From a virus, in IMG/VR virus record IMGVR_UViG_3300043411_002794, positions 1 to 64,000 of that record: a stretch of DNA of 64,000 bases. One strand, 5' to 3'. A program made the translations under genes and the position numbers. Under the pieces are notes generated by a model that saw only the letters and a list, made by a program, of their open reading frames with translations, was not told the DNA's origin and did not search any database. Each line of letters begins with the position of its first letter. Position 1 is the first letter of the stretch. Below, piece after piece: positions 18,784-27,788 of this stretch.

Positions 18784-18960
18784 TTAGCGAGGCTTCTTAC
18801 TGCTGCCGTTTGCGGCGCGGTCGGCTAATCGCTTGTTAATGTCGTCGTCGAGCTCCCGTCGTGCCGCTTCCGTGTCAGCGGTCTTTTCCCGCGGCAGCTT
18901 CTGCTCCGTGTCGGGCGTGACGCCCGAACGAATATCCCCTGTCTTAATCATCTCATCCAT
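18784..18960 (-). CDS. 58-aa protein upstream of the portal (below track cut-off)
   Basis: Translated by hand: MDEMIKTGDIRSGVTPDTEQKLPREKTADTEAARRELDDDINKRLADRAANGSSKKPR; fills the gap. Confidence 0.65.
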   Translation of the reverse strand: MDEMIKTGDIRSGVTPDTEQKLPREKTADTEAARRELDDDINKRLADRAANGSSKKPR

Positions 18961-18971
18961 GGCGTCCTACC

Positions 18972-20117
18972 CTAGCCGCCTACGTCCAGCGGCCCGCTTT
19001 GTTTGATAACGAGCTGAATGAGCTCGAACCCTTGGAAAACGTAGCGGATAGGCATGGCCTGCACAAGATAAGCCACCGGTTGGTCGCCGATCTGAACGCC
19101 CACGTCAGGAGCGTTTTCACCGTCCGGCGGCAGCCAAACACCGGAGCCGGGCCGCGTGGCCAGCAGGATGCTACTGCGATCCTGGGAGAACTGCACGTCG
19201 TAAAAGTAGCTGTCCTGTTTGACGGCCACAGGTTGCTGCTGGTGATTGAACAGCTGCATCTCGAAGTGCACGAGGTGCTGCGGCGCCGCCGGTTGTTGCT
19301 GCAGGAGCTGAGCTGCCGGAGCGTCCATCTGCACAGGTGCTGCTTGAGCGCCCATTGCGGCCGCCGTCAACGAGCGTACGGCGCGGCCGGCACCTGGACG
19401 AATCGGAGCAGCCCGCTGGGACGCGGGTTGCGGGGCGGGCGGCGGAGAACCTGCAGTAGCCATCGGAATCGTTCCTCGCTTCTCGGTAGCACCATGGACA
19501 TGGACCTGGATCGCGGGCCGTGCCGGTGCTGCCTGAGAGCCTCCTTGCTCGCGTTCCTTAGCTGTCTGCCGGTAATCTTCGTCGTCGTACGTGACCGGCA
19601 TCTCCGGAACGACGTCACCCTCACGCTCAGCGCGGGCAATCAGGTGATAGGCGGTGGCTGCCCGGAACCGACGATCACGCGGAGAGGTCAGCGTAGGCAT
19701 CATGCGCATCGAGGCGTCGACGGCGGCCGCAGCGAAATTACGGGCCTGGCCCAACTCCAGCTCGGTGCTCTGATGCGGAATGTGCGGATCGATGACGATG
19801 TGCACGCCATCCAGAATGTTCGGCGAAACGCCGTAGGGTACGCCGCCTTCGTTGGCGGGCGGCACAATTACGGTCGGGGCAACGGTGTCACCCTTGAAGG
19901 ACGGCCGCAAGACGGACGACAACGGGCGACCTGCCAAGGCACCAAACATCTGATCGCCGCGCAGGCCTGCCGTAGCGAACGTATCCTCAGAAGGACTGCG
20001 ATAGCCGGCGGGCGCTGTGACTTGTTGCGGGATGTTGGTCGGTATACCGCCACGACCATAGGCGTCAGATCCGTCAAAGAACGGATCGTAAAATACGGGG
20101 CGCGACGCTGCGTTCAC
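18972..20117 (-). CDS. hypothetical protein (381 aa), Pro/Ala-rich linker
   Basis: GTG start with GGAGG; globular ends separated by a low-complexity linker. Confidence 0.7.
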   Translation of the reverse strand: MNAASRPVFYDPFFDGSDAYGRGGIPTNIPQQVTAPAGYRSPSEDTFATAGLRGDQMFGALAGRPLSSVLRPSFKGDTVAPTVIVPPANEGGVPYGVSPNILDGVHIVIDPHIPHQSTELELGQARNFAAAAVDASMRMMPTLTSPRDRRFRAATAYHLIARAEREGDVVPEMPVTYDDEDYRQTAKEREQGGSQAAPARPAIQVHVHGATEKRGTIPMATAGSPPPAPQPASQRAAPIRPGAGRAVRSLTAAAMGAQAAPVQMDAPAAQLLQQQPAAPQHLVHFEMQLFNHQQQPVAVKQDSYFYDVQFSQDRSSILLATRPGSGVWLPPDGENAPDVGVQIGDQPVAYLVQAMPIRYVFQGFELIQLVIKQSGPLDVGG

Positions 20118-20142
20118 AACAACCTCCCTGTCATAGCTAAGG

Positions 20143-20186
20143 AAAAAGCAATGGGCCCCGGGCGTTCTTCGCCTCGGGGCCCATTG
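20143..20186 (-). terminator. Rho-independent terminator
   Basis: Perfect 12-bp stem CAATGGGCCCCG/CGGGGCCCATTG followed by CTTTTT on the minus strand. Confidence 0.8.
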
Positions 20187-20202
20187 TAATCAGCTTTCGC
20201 CG

Positions 20203-20469
20203 TTATGTGAAACTACTCGGCTCCAGGCCGTCGACGTACTCGTAAAGAGTCGCCTTCGGGATTAGGAAGTACAGCCGATTAGGGCCGTATTGCGGATCGA
20301 CCTCGCGATCGAGCTCCACTGCCGAAGTAATCACATGAAAGCGTAGGCCTTTTCCCTTCTCTACCTGGACCAGAGCCAGACTACTGGACGAAGGCCATGT
20401 CGGGGCTACCGACGGGCTGCTGTCCAGCTTGTGTAGCCACGGCAGGTTCAGCGTTGGCGCTGGAACCAT
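20203..20469 (-). CDS. hypothetical protein (88 aa)
   Basis: Start MVPAPTLNLPW with AAGGAG upstream; overlaps the end of 20381..21727. Confidence 0.55.
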   Translation of the reverse strand: MVPAPTLNLPWLHKLDSSPSVAPTWPSSSSLALVQVEKGKGLRFHVITSAVELDREVDPQYGPNRLYFLIPKATLYEYVDGLEPSSFT

Positions 20470-21727
20470 GCTTCTCCTTTCGCGGACGCGGGCGAGCCGT
20501 ATCCGTTTCCAGTTCGGCGATAATACGGCGCCCGAGCAGTTCGGGCGTCCAGACGTTCGCTTCTTCAACCGGCACCGGTTCGAGCCGGATCACTTGCGGG
20601 CGACAGACCCGACTGAGCACCAACGGCCGATTGAGGTCGGCGGCGGCGATCAGCAAGTCTTCGTCGGTCGGGAGCTTGGCTTGGTCGTCCGGCATGTAAC
20701 TCCGCAGCAACCCAAGATAGGCGGTATCGCCAATCGCGAGCTGCAACGTCGTGCCGTCGGCCTTTACCGGCGCCCGGTCGTCGACCAGTGCTTCCACGAA
20801 GTCTTCATCGCTGAAGACTTCGTGGTGAACGCCGAGTACGCCCCGCATCTTCTTCACGGCTTCCGTCACCTGCCCTTCTTCCATCGCCGCCAAGTGCTGG
20901 TGACGGAAGCCGAGCGACTTCAAGGCGTCGCGACCGGCGTCGGCGATCCGACGACCCGGGTTCCAGACGTGCAGCCCGAGCAGATGCCGATAGTCTTCGA
21001 CAAACGCGCAGTTGTGCAAGTCGCCGACAAAGTAGTCGGTGCGAACCAAGAACCCGCCGGTCTTATTCTCCGGATGCTCCGGCCCGATGACCGCCTCGCG
21101 GAAGATAGTATGCAGGAGTTGTTCTCCCAGTTCCATCTTGCGCAATTCGGCTTCCGAGCAATGCAGGCGAGCACAAGCCTCGGCTACCAACGCCGGGGTT
21201 TCTTGATACTCGGGCATCTGCGGCATCACCGCGTAAAAGAATGGCAACCGCGGCACCGTCGGCAGCTTGATCTCAAACTCGTCCATCGCTCTCAATTCCG
21301 AACCGGTGGCCTTGTCCATCCCCAGGCACTTCAGCAACAAGTGCTCATGCCGATAGAGATCGAACACCTTGCCGCGGCCGCCGGGCATCGGGCGGCTCCC
21401 CATGTCCAACGTAAACTCGACGCCGCGGGTACCGCCGTAGCGGACCATTCCGTCGCCTTCCGCTTCCGCGGTGAAGCCGCGAACCGGCATCTGGCGAAGC
21501 AAGCGCGTCGAGATCTGTTGAAGGCGATACCACAGCACGGCCATGATACCGACGCCGATCTGCTGAATCGTATTTTCGAAACGATCCAAACCCCTTCCAG
21601 GGAAGAAGTTCACGACGGACAACCCGGTGCGGGCGTCGTACTGCTTGTCGGTATGGCGTTGGCGGTACCAACGACCCAGACCAACGGACTGACGACGAGC
21701 CGACTTCTTCGAATTCTGTGCGTTCAT
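20381..21727 (-). CDS. hypothetical protein (448 aa)
   Basis: Long ORF with GAGGAGG upstream. Confidence 0.75.
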   Translation of the reverse strand: MNAQNSKKSARRQSVGLGRWYRQRHTDKQYDARTGLSVVNFFPGRGLDRFENTIQQIGVGIMAVLWYRLQQISTRLLRQMPVRGFTAEAEGDGMVRYGGTRGVEFTLDMGSRPMPGGRGKVFDLYRHEHLLLKCLGMDKATGSELRAMDEFEIKLPTVPRLPFFYAVMPQMPEYQETPALVAEACARLHCSEAELRKMELGEQLLHTIFREAVIGPEHPENKTGGFLVRTDYFVGDLHNCAFVEDYRHLLGLHVWNPGRRIADAGRDALKSLGFRHQHLAAMEEGQVTEAVKKMRGVLGVHHEVFSDEDFVEALVDDRAPVKADGTTLQLAIGDTAYLGLLRSYMPDDQAKLPTDEDLLIAAADLNRPLVLSRVCRPQVIRLEPVPVEEANVWTPELLGRRIIAELETDTARPRPRKEKHGSSANAEPAVATQAGQQPVGSPDMAFVQ

Positions 21728-21784
21728 ACGGACCTCCTCGAGGACTGTAGCAACGATGAAAATAAACCAGCTGCGACTTGCTAC

Positions 21785-21967
21785 TTATCGCGTTGGTTTC
21801 TTTCTGAGAAACTGCTCTTTGCCGTGTGCTTTCCACTCGGCGTCGGAGATGGTGATGTACTCACCCCTTTCTCCGGGCGTGCTGCTCTTAATCTTCAAGA
21901 GCAAGCCAGCAGCGACATTACGTCGGCTAACTACTGTCCGGCCTTTGTAGGTTACGTGCAGAGGCAC
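21785..21967 (-). CDS. small basic protein (60 aa)
   Basis: GTG start with GGAGG 7 nt upstream. Confidence 0.55.
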   Translation of the reverse strand: MPLHVTYKGRTVVSRRNVAAGLLLKIKSSTPGERGEYITISDAEWKAHGKEQFLRKKPTR

Positions 21968-22068
21968 GTGGGACCCTCCGGGCGTATCGGTGTAGGGTCC
22001 TGGTGCACACCAAGACCAATTGCGACTAAGTCGCGGCTCACCTTATATGCCCGAAAAGAAGGCTGTTT

Positions 22069-22605
22069 TTAGATGACGCCTTCGTCCTCTTCCGGGAACT
22101 CGCCGCCTTCTTCATCCCCGGTTTGGTCGGCCGCATCGCCTTCCGGCGAGGCTGCTTCCTCGTCATCGTCGGAAGGTTGCTGCAGCTCGATCGGCGCAGT
22201 GAGCACGCGGTAGGTCGGGCCCACGAAACCTTCCGTATCCGGTACGAGATCCGCGGGAATGTCAAACAGCGGGATCGGCTGTTTGGTCGGCACCAGCAGA
22301 TATCGCATCAACGGCTGCGACGTGGATGCTGCCGACAACGGCAGCGGCACACCAACGAACGCCCGCAAGGAAACCTCTCGCCCGATGTAACCCACCAGCG
22401 TCGCACGCAGTTCTTCCAGCGTCGCGATCGTGAGCAACGAGAAACTACCGTTCTCGTCGAGCACGCAGAGCTGGTAGGCAGCCTGCGGATCAGTCGGCGC
22501 CTGCCGCTTCGCTGCAATGTCTTGCAGAAGCTTCTCGGCTTCCGTGACACTGACACGAGCGACGGGCGGCGGGGCATTACTGGGACGACGCGCGTTGGGT
22601 GGCAT
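22069..22605 (-). CDS. hypothetical protein with acidic tail
   Basis: Likely start MPPNARR; tail SDDDEEAASPEGDAADQTGDEEGGEFPEEDEG. Confidence 0.65.
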   Translation of the reverse strand: MPPNARRPSNAPPPVARVSVTEAEKLLQDIAAKRQAPTDPQAAYQLCVLDENGSFSLLTIATLEELRATLVGYIGREVSLRAFVGVPLPLSAASTSQPLMRYLLVPTKQPIPLFDIPADLVPDTEGFVGPTYRVLTAPIELQQPSDDDEEAASPEGDAADQTGDEEGGEFPEEDEGVI

Positions 22606-22894
22606 CCGTGCTTCGCGGCTCGTAGAGGTAAACGATAATGATGGTCTGACGCAGAATCTTGCCCTGCATTTCCATAGCCCGGTCAATCGCCGGAGCACTG
22701 GCAAACACCAAGCGGTTGCCGGTCTGTTGTACCCAATCGTTACATTGCTGGTCGATGGACCGCAAGTCATGCCCGCCTGCAGCGAGCTCTTCTACCGGGA
22801 TCAACACCCAGTCGTTAGGTGCGGCAGTCGGGCCGCGTCGATAGTACGCGGTCTCCATGAAAGTCTTACTTTTTTGCAGCGTGACGGGCGGCAT
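22577..22894 (-). CDS. hypothetical protein (105 aa)
   Basis: MPPVTL start right after the upstream stop. Confidence 0.55.
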   Translation of the reverse strand: MPPVTLQKSKTFMETAYYRRGPTAAPNDWVLIPVEELAAGGHDLRSIDQQCNDWVQQTGNRLVFASAPAIDRAMEMQGKILRQTIIIVYLYEPRSTDATQRASSQ

Positions 22895-22895
22895 C

Positions 22896-23522
22896 TTATC
22901 TCTGGCGGTCGGGTTTGAGGAGGGCAATCGCCATGGCGACCACGTCGCCCCGGGCTACCTCGCGAACCACGCGAGGCATCGTCCGCGGCGGATCGCCGGC
23001 CGGGGCGATGTAAAAGAATCCTCCGCTCGTAGAAGCGCACACGGCGTGCACGCGAACAAACGGCAGCTCCGTCAACGTGTGCGCGCCTTCCATCGAGAGC
23101 GGGTCGATGATCGGGAATTCGTTCCAGCCAAACTGCGTGTAACGCTTATTGGCGTGGTCGAGTAACGTGATGGAACCCAGGAAGGCGTTGCAGTCTTGCC
23201 AACCTTCCTTACGGACCATGTACAAGCGATGAGCCCAGCGAACCTCGACGCCCCCAATGATGGAGGCGCCGAGGTTGCCGAAAAACGGGCGTGGCGAATC
23301 AATCGCGACGGGCCGCAGCTCTTCCTTGACTTCACGTGTTGCAATGTATTCCGCTACCGGATCTTTGTTGAACATCCCGACCTGCAGGATTAGCGCAGGC
23401 GTGAAGAACACGAACTCGTCGGCTAAGTCGCAGAGCGTCTTGGGCTGCGGTTCTTCCGGTGCCGGGGGCGGCGTCGGATCGTGCTCATGCACGGAGGTCG
23501 GCGGTAGCGGTTTATCGAGCAT
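22896..23522 (-). CDS. hypothetical protein (208 aa)
   Basis: Co-oriented, tightly packed. Confidence 0.7.
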   Translation of the reverse strand: MLDKPLPPTSVHEHDPTPPPAPEEPQPKTLCDLADEFVFFTPALILQVGMFNKDPVAEYIATREVKEELRPVAIDSPRPFFGNLGASIIGGVEVRWAHRLYMVRKEGWQDCNAFLGSITLLDHANKRYTQFGWNEFPIIDPLSMEGAHTLTELPFVRVHAVCASTSGGFFYIAPAGDPPRTMPRVVREVARGDVVAMAIALLKPDRQR

Positions 23523-23524
23523 GG

Positions 23525-24163
23525 TTAGACCAGACCAATGGCCTTAGCGATGTTGAGTGCAACCTTCGCCTTGTCGAGCGCCGTGGTCGTTACGGGCGGG
23601 GCAATCCCCAGGGCCGTACACAAGACCGACAACGTCAACTGGCGTCGTTGCTCGGAAGGGATCACGTATTCGTAAACGTCGAAGACGCGGGACGGACCGT
23701 TGCTCGGCATCCGCCAGTGCGAGAACGAGCAGACCTCGCGAAGCTTCGGACCGGCGGCCAAGGCTGCGATCCGCAGCTCTTCCTTGATGTCGATGCCGAA
23801 CAACTGCGTCTGCCCTTCGCCGGGCGGCGTCGCCAGTCCGGCGGGAAACGCAGAAGCGAGCACGGCCAACAAGGCCGCATCGGGATGGCCGGCGACAAGC
23901 GTCGGGTTAGCGACCTGCATGCCGGTTTTGATTGCGGCGCCGAGGGCGTGAAAGACGATCTCACCCTGCGTATTCAACAACACGATCTCGTCGTGATAGG
24001 CCAAGATCGGTAGATCGATGAGCCCGGCGATGGCGGCGTCACGTGCCTCTTGGATCTTAACGGGATCCTTGAGATTCTTCGGGACGGCAACTTCGGGAAT
24101 GATGTCTTGCCAATCCGAGCGAAGCGTTCGCGTACAGCCAAGAAATAAATGGGAACTACTCAT
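23525..24163 (-). CDS. degenerate PolB-type 3'-5' exonuclease-like protein
   Basis: VPKNLKDPVKIQEAR...LPILAYHDEIVLL recalls the P-x-N-Y-K-D-P-x-K motif of phage exonucleases; no ExoI D-x-E visible. Confidence 0.35.
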   Translation of the reverse strand: MSSSHLFLGCTRTLRSDWQDIIPEVAVPKNLKDPVKIQEARDAAIAGLIDLPILAYHDEIVLLNTQGEIVFHALGAAIKTGMQVANPTLVAGHPDAALLAVLASAFPAGLATPPGEGQTQLFGIDIKEELRIAALAAGPKLREVCSFSHWRMPSNGPSRVFDVYEYVIPSEQRRQLTLSVLCTALGIAPPVTTTALDKAKVALNIAKAIGLV

Positions 24164-24737
24164 GCGGTTCAGTGGATTCCTGAGGGGCAACCACAACGGT
24201 CGCCGGTGCGGGTTCGGTAATTTCGCTGTCCAACAACTCACGCGCCCGACGAGGGCCAAGCAGTTGCGTGACGAGACGACAGATCTGCGCCGGATTATCG
24301 AATTGCGGCGGCTGCAGATCGAGAGCGATACGAGCATACTGCCGCAGGTTTCCGGAGATCCCGCGGCGTAAGAGATAGGCAGCCAGCACTTCTTCGGCCG
24401 GACCCGGGATCGCTTCGATCCCGTATTGGTCGTAGGCCTGCTCGGCAATCGACGTCAGCAACGCCAAAAGGCCCTGCAGCTGCTGACGCGCATACGGGTC
24501 CGTGATTTCCGTCAGCTGGCTGCGGAGATACGTCTGCTGGCTTTGCAGCGCGGCCCCGTCTACCAGCAAATCGTACAACTGTGGCGGCGGAAGCTGATCA
24601 CCACTAACCGCGTCGGCCGGATTTGCGTTTACGGGTACCGGGCTTGCCGAGGCCGCTGGACGCGCTGAATCGCTGGGCGCGGGAGTTGAGGACGGCTCTG
24701 AGGTCTGCGACGACGTCTCCGACGTTGGCATGCTCAT
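24156..24737 (-). CDS. hypothetical protein (193 aa)
   Basis: Ser/Pro-rich N terminus, helical core. Confidence 0.6.
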   Translation of the reverse strand: MSMPTSETSSQTSEPSSTPAPSDSARPAASASPVPVNANPADAVSGDQLPPPQLYDLLVDGAALQSQQTYLRSQLTEITDPYARQQLQGLLALLTSIAEQAYDQYGIEAIPGPAEEVLAAYLLRRGISGNLRQYARIALDLQPPQFDNPAQICRLVTQLLGPRRARELLDSEITEPAPATVVVAPQESTEPHE

Positions 24738-25113
24738 TTTCTTCGACCTTCTGCTGGAACATGGTGGCCGCCGCCAAGCCTTCGAAATAGGGCGGCACGA
24801 GCTCGATCGCCTCCGCTTCGAGATCCTTCACCGTGAACTTGCCGGTCTCCCGTAAAGCTCGCGATGTCTCCCGCACGATCCGCAACGCAATATCGGGATT
24901 GGACGTCCCGATCTTGAGCTGCCGGTCCACGGCGGAGAGGGCGATCATACTGAGTCGTCGGCAAAACAAACAGACAGCCAGGCTGTTTGCGACGATCGGA
25001 TCTTGCATCATCTCGGCAACTTCGTCGGCTACTTTGTTGACCAATTCCGGGTCAACCTCTAGTAGCTCCGACAGTGCCTTGCGATCCAGCGGCAGCACTT
25101 CGGGCTCGCTCAT
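24604..25113 (-). CDS. hypothetical helical protein (169 aa)
   Basis: Co-oriented; basic tail overlaps the next gene. Confidence 0.6.
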   Translation of the reverse strand: MSEPEVLPLDRKALSELLEVDPELVNKVADEVAEMMQDPIVANSLAVCLFCRRLSMIALSAVDRQLKIGTSNPDIALRIVRETSRALRETGKFTVKDLEAEAIELVPPYFEGLAAATMFQQKVEENEHANVGDVVADLRAVLNSRAQRFSASSGLGKPGTRKRKSGRRG

Positions 25114-25279
25114 CGGTAATCCTTTTCCAGTGCTTGAGGCAGTTGATACAGCACAAATCAGATACGGGCGGTGTTTCCTGAAACCACTGTGCCTGTCGAT
25201 TCACCGGTGACGGGACGAGCTTACCGCAAAAGGTCCGCGGGTCGCCCGGGTCGGCAATGTGAATCCGCGTCAGCGGCAT
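25052..25279 (-). CDS. small putative Zn-binding protein (75 aa)
   Basis: MPLTRIHIADPGDPRTFCG...LCCINCLKHW (H, C, CxxC); fills the gap; no clear RBS. Confidence 0.4.
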   Translation of the reverse strand: MPLTRIHIADPGDPRTFCGKLVPSPVNRQAQWFQETPPVSDLCCINCLKHWKRITDERARSAAAGSQGTVGATRG

Positions 25280-25328
25280 CAAAAGTCTAAGCGTTGCACC
25301 GCAAAGATGCCACTGCACGAAAAGGTAG

Positions 25329-26222
25329 TTATGCGCCAAGTGGTATCGCGCCGGCCAGCTCGTCGCCGACCTTGGCGGCCTCCAGCCGTTCTTGCGCAAT
25401 ACGGGCGTAGTCAACGGAGAGCTCCGTACCAGCCGCCTTGCGACCCAGCTTTTTCGCGGTAATCGCAAAAGAGCCTGAGCCCGAGCACGGATCAAACAGC
25501 AGGTTGCCTTCGTTGGAGCACATGTTGATGATGCGGCCCAGCAGCTGCTCGGGCATCTGGTTCGGTGTCCCGGCCCGCTCCTTGAACGTCCCGTTGATCC
25601 GCGGCACGTACCACGTATCTTGCGTTTGGTAGAAGCCCTCCTGACACCACTGCGGGCGAAGCACCCAGGTATCGTCGGGATTGCGGCCTTTCGCCTTGGC
25701 CCGCTTATCGCCGTACACAAGCTGGCGAGCGCTCGGCACACGCTGCGGATTGAAGGTGAACTTCTCTTTGTGCTTCGTGTAGTACAGCAAATGGGCGTGC
25801 GACCGGGTCAGCTTGTTCTCACAATTGACCCCGAAGGTGTAATGCCAGACGACCCAGCTGCGTCGATGGAAACCGATCTTCTTGGCGATGATGTCGAGCT
25901 CGCTGACTTGCTCATCGCCGATCGCCAGCCAGAACGTGCCCTGCGGCTCCAGCAGTTCATAGAGCCGCCGCATCCACGCCCCGACCATTCCTTCGTAGTC
26001 GGCCTGCTTCTTGCGATCGTGGTATTCGTCGTACTCGTAGCCGATGTTAAAGGGCGGATCCATGAACGCCAGGTCGAGCCCACCGTCGGCCATGCCCTTG
26101 GCAACTTCTAAGAAGTCACCCTGGAAGATCCGCTCCGCCATCACGTATCGATTGCCGTCTTTCAGCAGCGGCGACAGCGGCTGCTTACTCGTCAGCAGGC
26201 TCCTCTTTGGCTTTTTTGCCAT
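25329..26222 (-). CDS. N4-cytosine/N6-adenine DNA methyltransferase (beta class)
   Basis: DPPF catalytic motif precedes the LFDPCSGSGS SAM-binding motif; PEQLLGRII. Confidence 0.92.
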   Translation of the reverse strand: MAKKPKRSLLTSKQPLSPLLKDGNRYVMAERIFQGDFLEVAKGMADGGLDLAFMDPPFNIGYEYDEYHDRKKQADYEGMVGAWMRRLYELLEPQGTFWLAIGDEQVSELDIIAKKIGFHRRSWVVWHYTFGVNCENKLTRSHAHLLYYTKHKEKFTFNPQRVPSARQLVYGDKRAKAKGRNPDDTWVLRPQWCQEGFYQTQDTWYVPRINGTFKERAGTPNQMPEQLLGRIINMCSNEGNLLFDPCSGSGSFAITAKKLGRKAAGTELSVDYARIAQERLEAAKVGDELAGAIPLGA

Positions 26223-26919
26223 GCTTTTTCTTTCGTCGTGGTTTGGCTTCAGGTTCCTTCTCGTGCAGCACGAACGGCACGGACAGGCCCTCGGAATAAG
26301 TGGCGACGCCCAGCATCATGACGAATGCCGCGTCGCATAGATTGTCAGCCCCGGTCTTCTCGTACGTCTCCGGATCGAAGTCGGTCCCAAAGACCTTGTT
26401 GCAGGCCCGGATCATGTCTTCCTTGTTGGCCGTGCCCTTCTTGATCATCTCAGCTTTATGCAGGGCAAAAGCCTTGATCTCACGGATCCCGACACCCTGG
26501 CAGGGAACGTCGTTCTCCTGGCACCAATAGGCCACGGCGCCCTTGAGCACGCCGAAGAACTCCTGGGTCGAAGCAACGCGGGCAATGATCGCCTGAATCG
26601 GCTGCGGGCGGCCCGGCTCCTGAGGCGGCGTAAACCGCACGTCCTCGAACAACACGACGTCCGGATCGACAATCGCCAGGAACTGGCGTAGTCGCAAGAG
26701 TCGCATCATCGAGGTGTCGTACGGGCCGGTGGAGAGATCCCACAGTTCCAGGTAGCTCCGCACAGACTCCTGCGGCTGCCCGGGTACGATGTCGCAGAAA
26801 GCCGCCCCGCAGTTGGTGCCGAGATCGAGGCCCAGCACGCGACACGTGTCCGCACTCTTTCGGGCAACGCCCCGTTGATAGACGCGGGGATCTTTCTGCA
26901 TCGTGAAGATGGCGGTCAT
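26185..26919 (-). CDS. RuvC-like Holliday junction resolvase
   Basis: VLGLDLGT, VVLFED, IREIKAFA and DNLCDA give the D/E/D/D catalytic set. Confidence 0.8.
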   Translation of the reverse strand: MTAIFTMQKDPRVYQRGVARKSADTCRVLGLDLGTNCGAAFCDIVPGQPQESVRSYLELWDLSTGPYDTSMMRLLRLRQFLAIVDPDVVLFEDVRFTPPQEPGRPQPIQAIIARVASTQEFFGVLKGAVAYWCQENDVPCQGVGIREIKAFALHKAEMIKKGTANKEDMIRACNKVFGTDFDPETYEKTGADNLCDAAFVMMLGVATYSEGLSVPFVLHEKEPEAKPRRKKKHGKKAKEEPADE

Positions 26920-27788
26920 TACAACCAGAATCGCCCTGCGGCGACCTCCCGGAATGTTTCGTAGGTGCGATGAATGACGAGGCTGTCGTAAGCTCCGCCG
27001 TGGGCATTTATGTTATCGACGCCGTGCCGAATCGCTAGTCGGTACTTAGGCGTGATCCAGTTGTCGAGCGACCAGCGGACATTGTAAGGCGGCTTTGCGA
27101 TCCGCGTCTGCCAGCTGTAGAGCGAGTCCTCCGGGAACGGAGCAGAGTATTGCTGGACCGCTTTCTCCATCAGGCCGACGTCAAAGATCGTGGTATTGCT
27201 CCACGACAACGGACGACCGTAACGGTGCAAGAAGCCATCCAGCATGTACCGATCGAACTGGAACAGATTAGCGCCGACGGTGAGCCGGTGCTTGCCGAGC
27301 ATCTCGCTAAGAAACGCATGCAGCTGCTGCGTCGCCAGCTCGGCCGGAATGCCTTCGCGCTGCAGCCGCTCCGGGGTGAAATGGTACGTGCGACCCTTCT
27401 CCGCAAAGCGTTGCTGCAGGGCCGTCATCCGGCTGCAGACCCAGTCCCAGGAGACGAAGGGATGCCGGGACCAATCGAAAACGATGCTGCCGCAGTGTAC
27501 GACCTGCCGGTTTCTAATTACCGCCCAGCCGGCTTCCAGAACCAAGTCGACGAGAAAGTCCACGCCGGTCGTTTCTAGATCCAGCACAAAGTAGTCATCG
27601 GAATGGATACCCTGGGCCATCCAGTGCAGCATGTAATTCCGCAGATTCCACAGCTGTTGCTGCAGGTCCTGCGGATCTTCATACGGACGGACTAACTCCG
27701 CCGGAGCAGCTTCAACCAACCCCGCTTGATCGCCGAGCCCAGGCGGTACAGCGGACGACGCTTCAGGGAGAGAAGTTCGGCCAAACAT
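26919..27788 (-). CDS. DEDDh 3'-5' exonuclease (DnaQ-like)
   Basis: VLDLETTG, ANLFQFD and AHGGAYD motifs. Confidence 0.88.
   Translation of the reverse strand: MFGRTSLPEASSAVPPGLGDQAGLVEAAPAELVRPYEDPQDLQQQLWNLRNYMLHWMAQGIHSDDYFVLDLETTGVDFLVDLVLEAGWAVIRNRQVVHCGSIVFDWSRHPFVSWDWVCSRMTALQQRFAEKGRTYHFTPERLQREGIPAELATQQLHAFLSEMLGKHRLTVGANLFQFDRYMLDGFLHRYGRPLSWSNTTIFDVGLMEKAVQQYSAPFPEDSLYSWQTRIAKPPYNVRWSLDNWITPKYRLAIRHGVDNINAHGGAYDSLVIHRTYETFREVAAGRFWL
27509..27522 (-). repeat. dispersed motif, copy 3 (GGTAATTAGAAACC), intragenic
   Basis: Exact 14/14 match inside the exonuclease CDS (codons for A-V-I-R-N-R). Confidence 0.85.
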
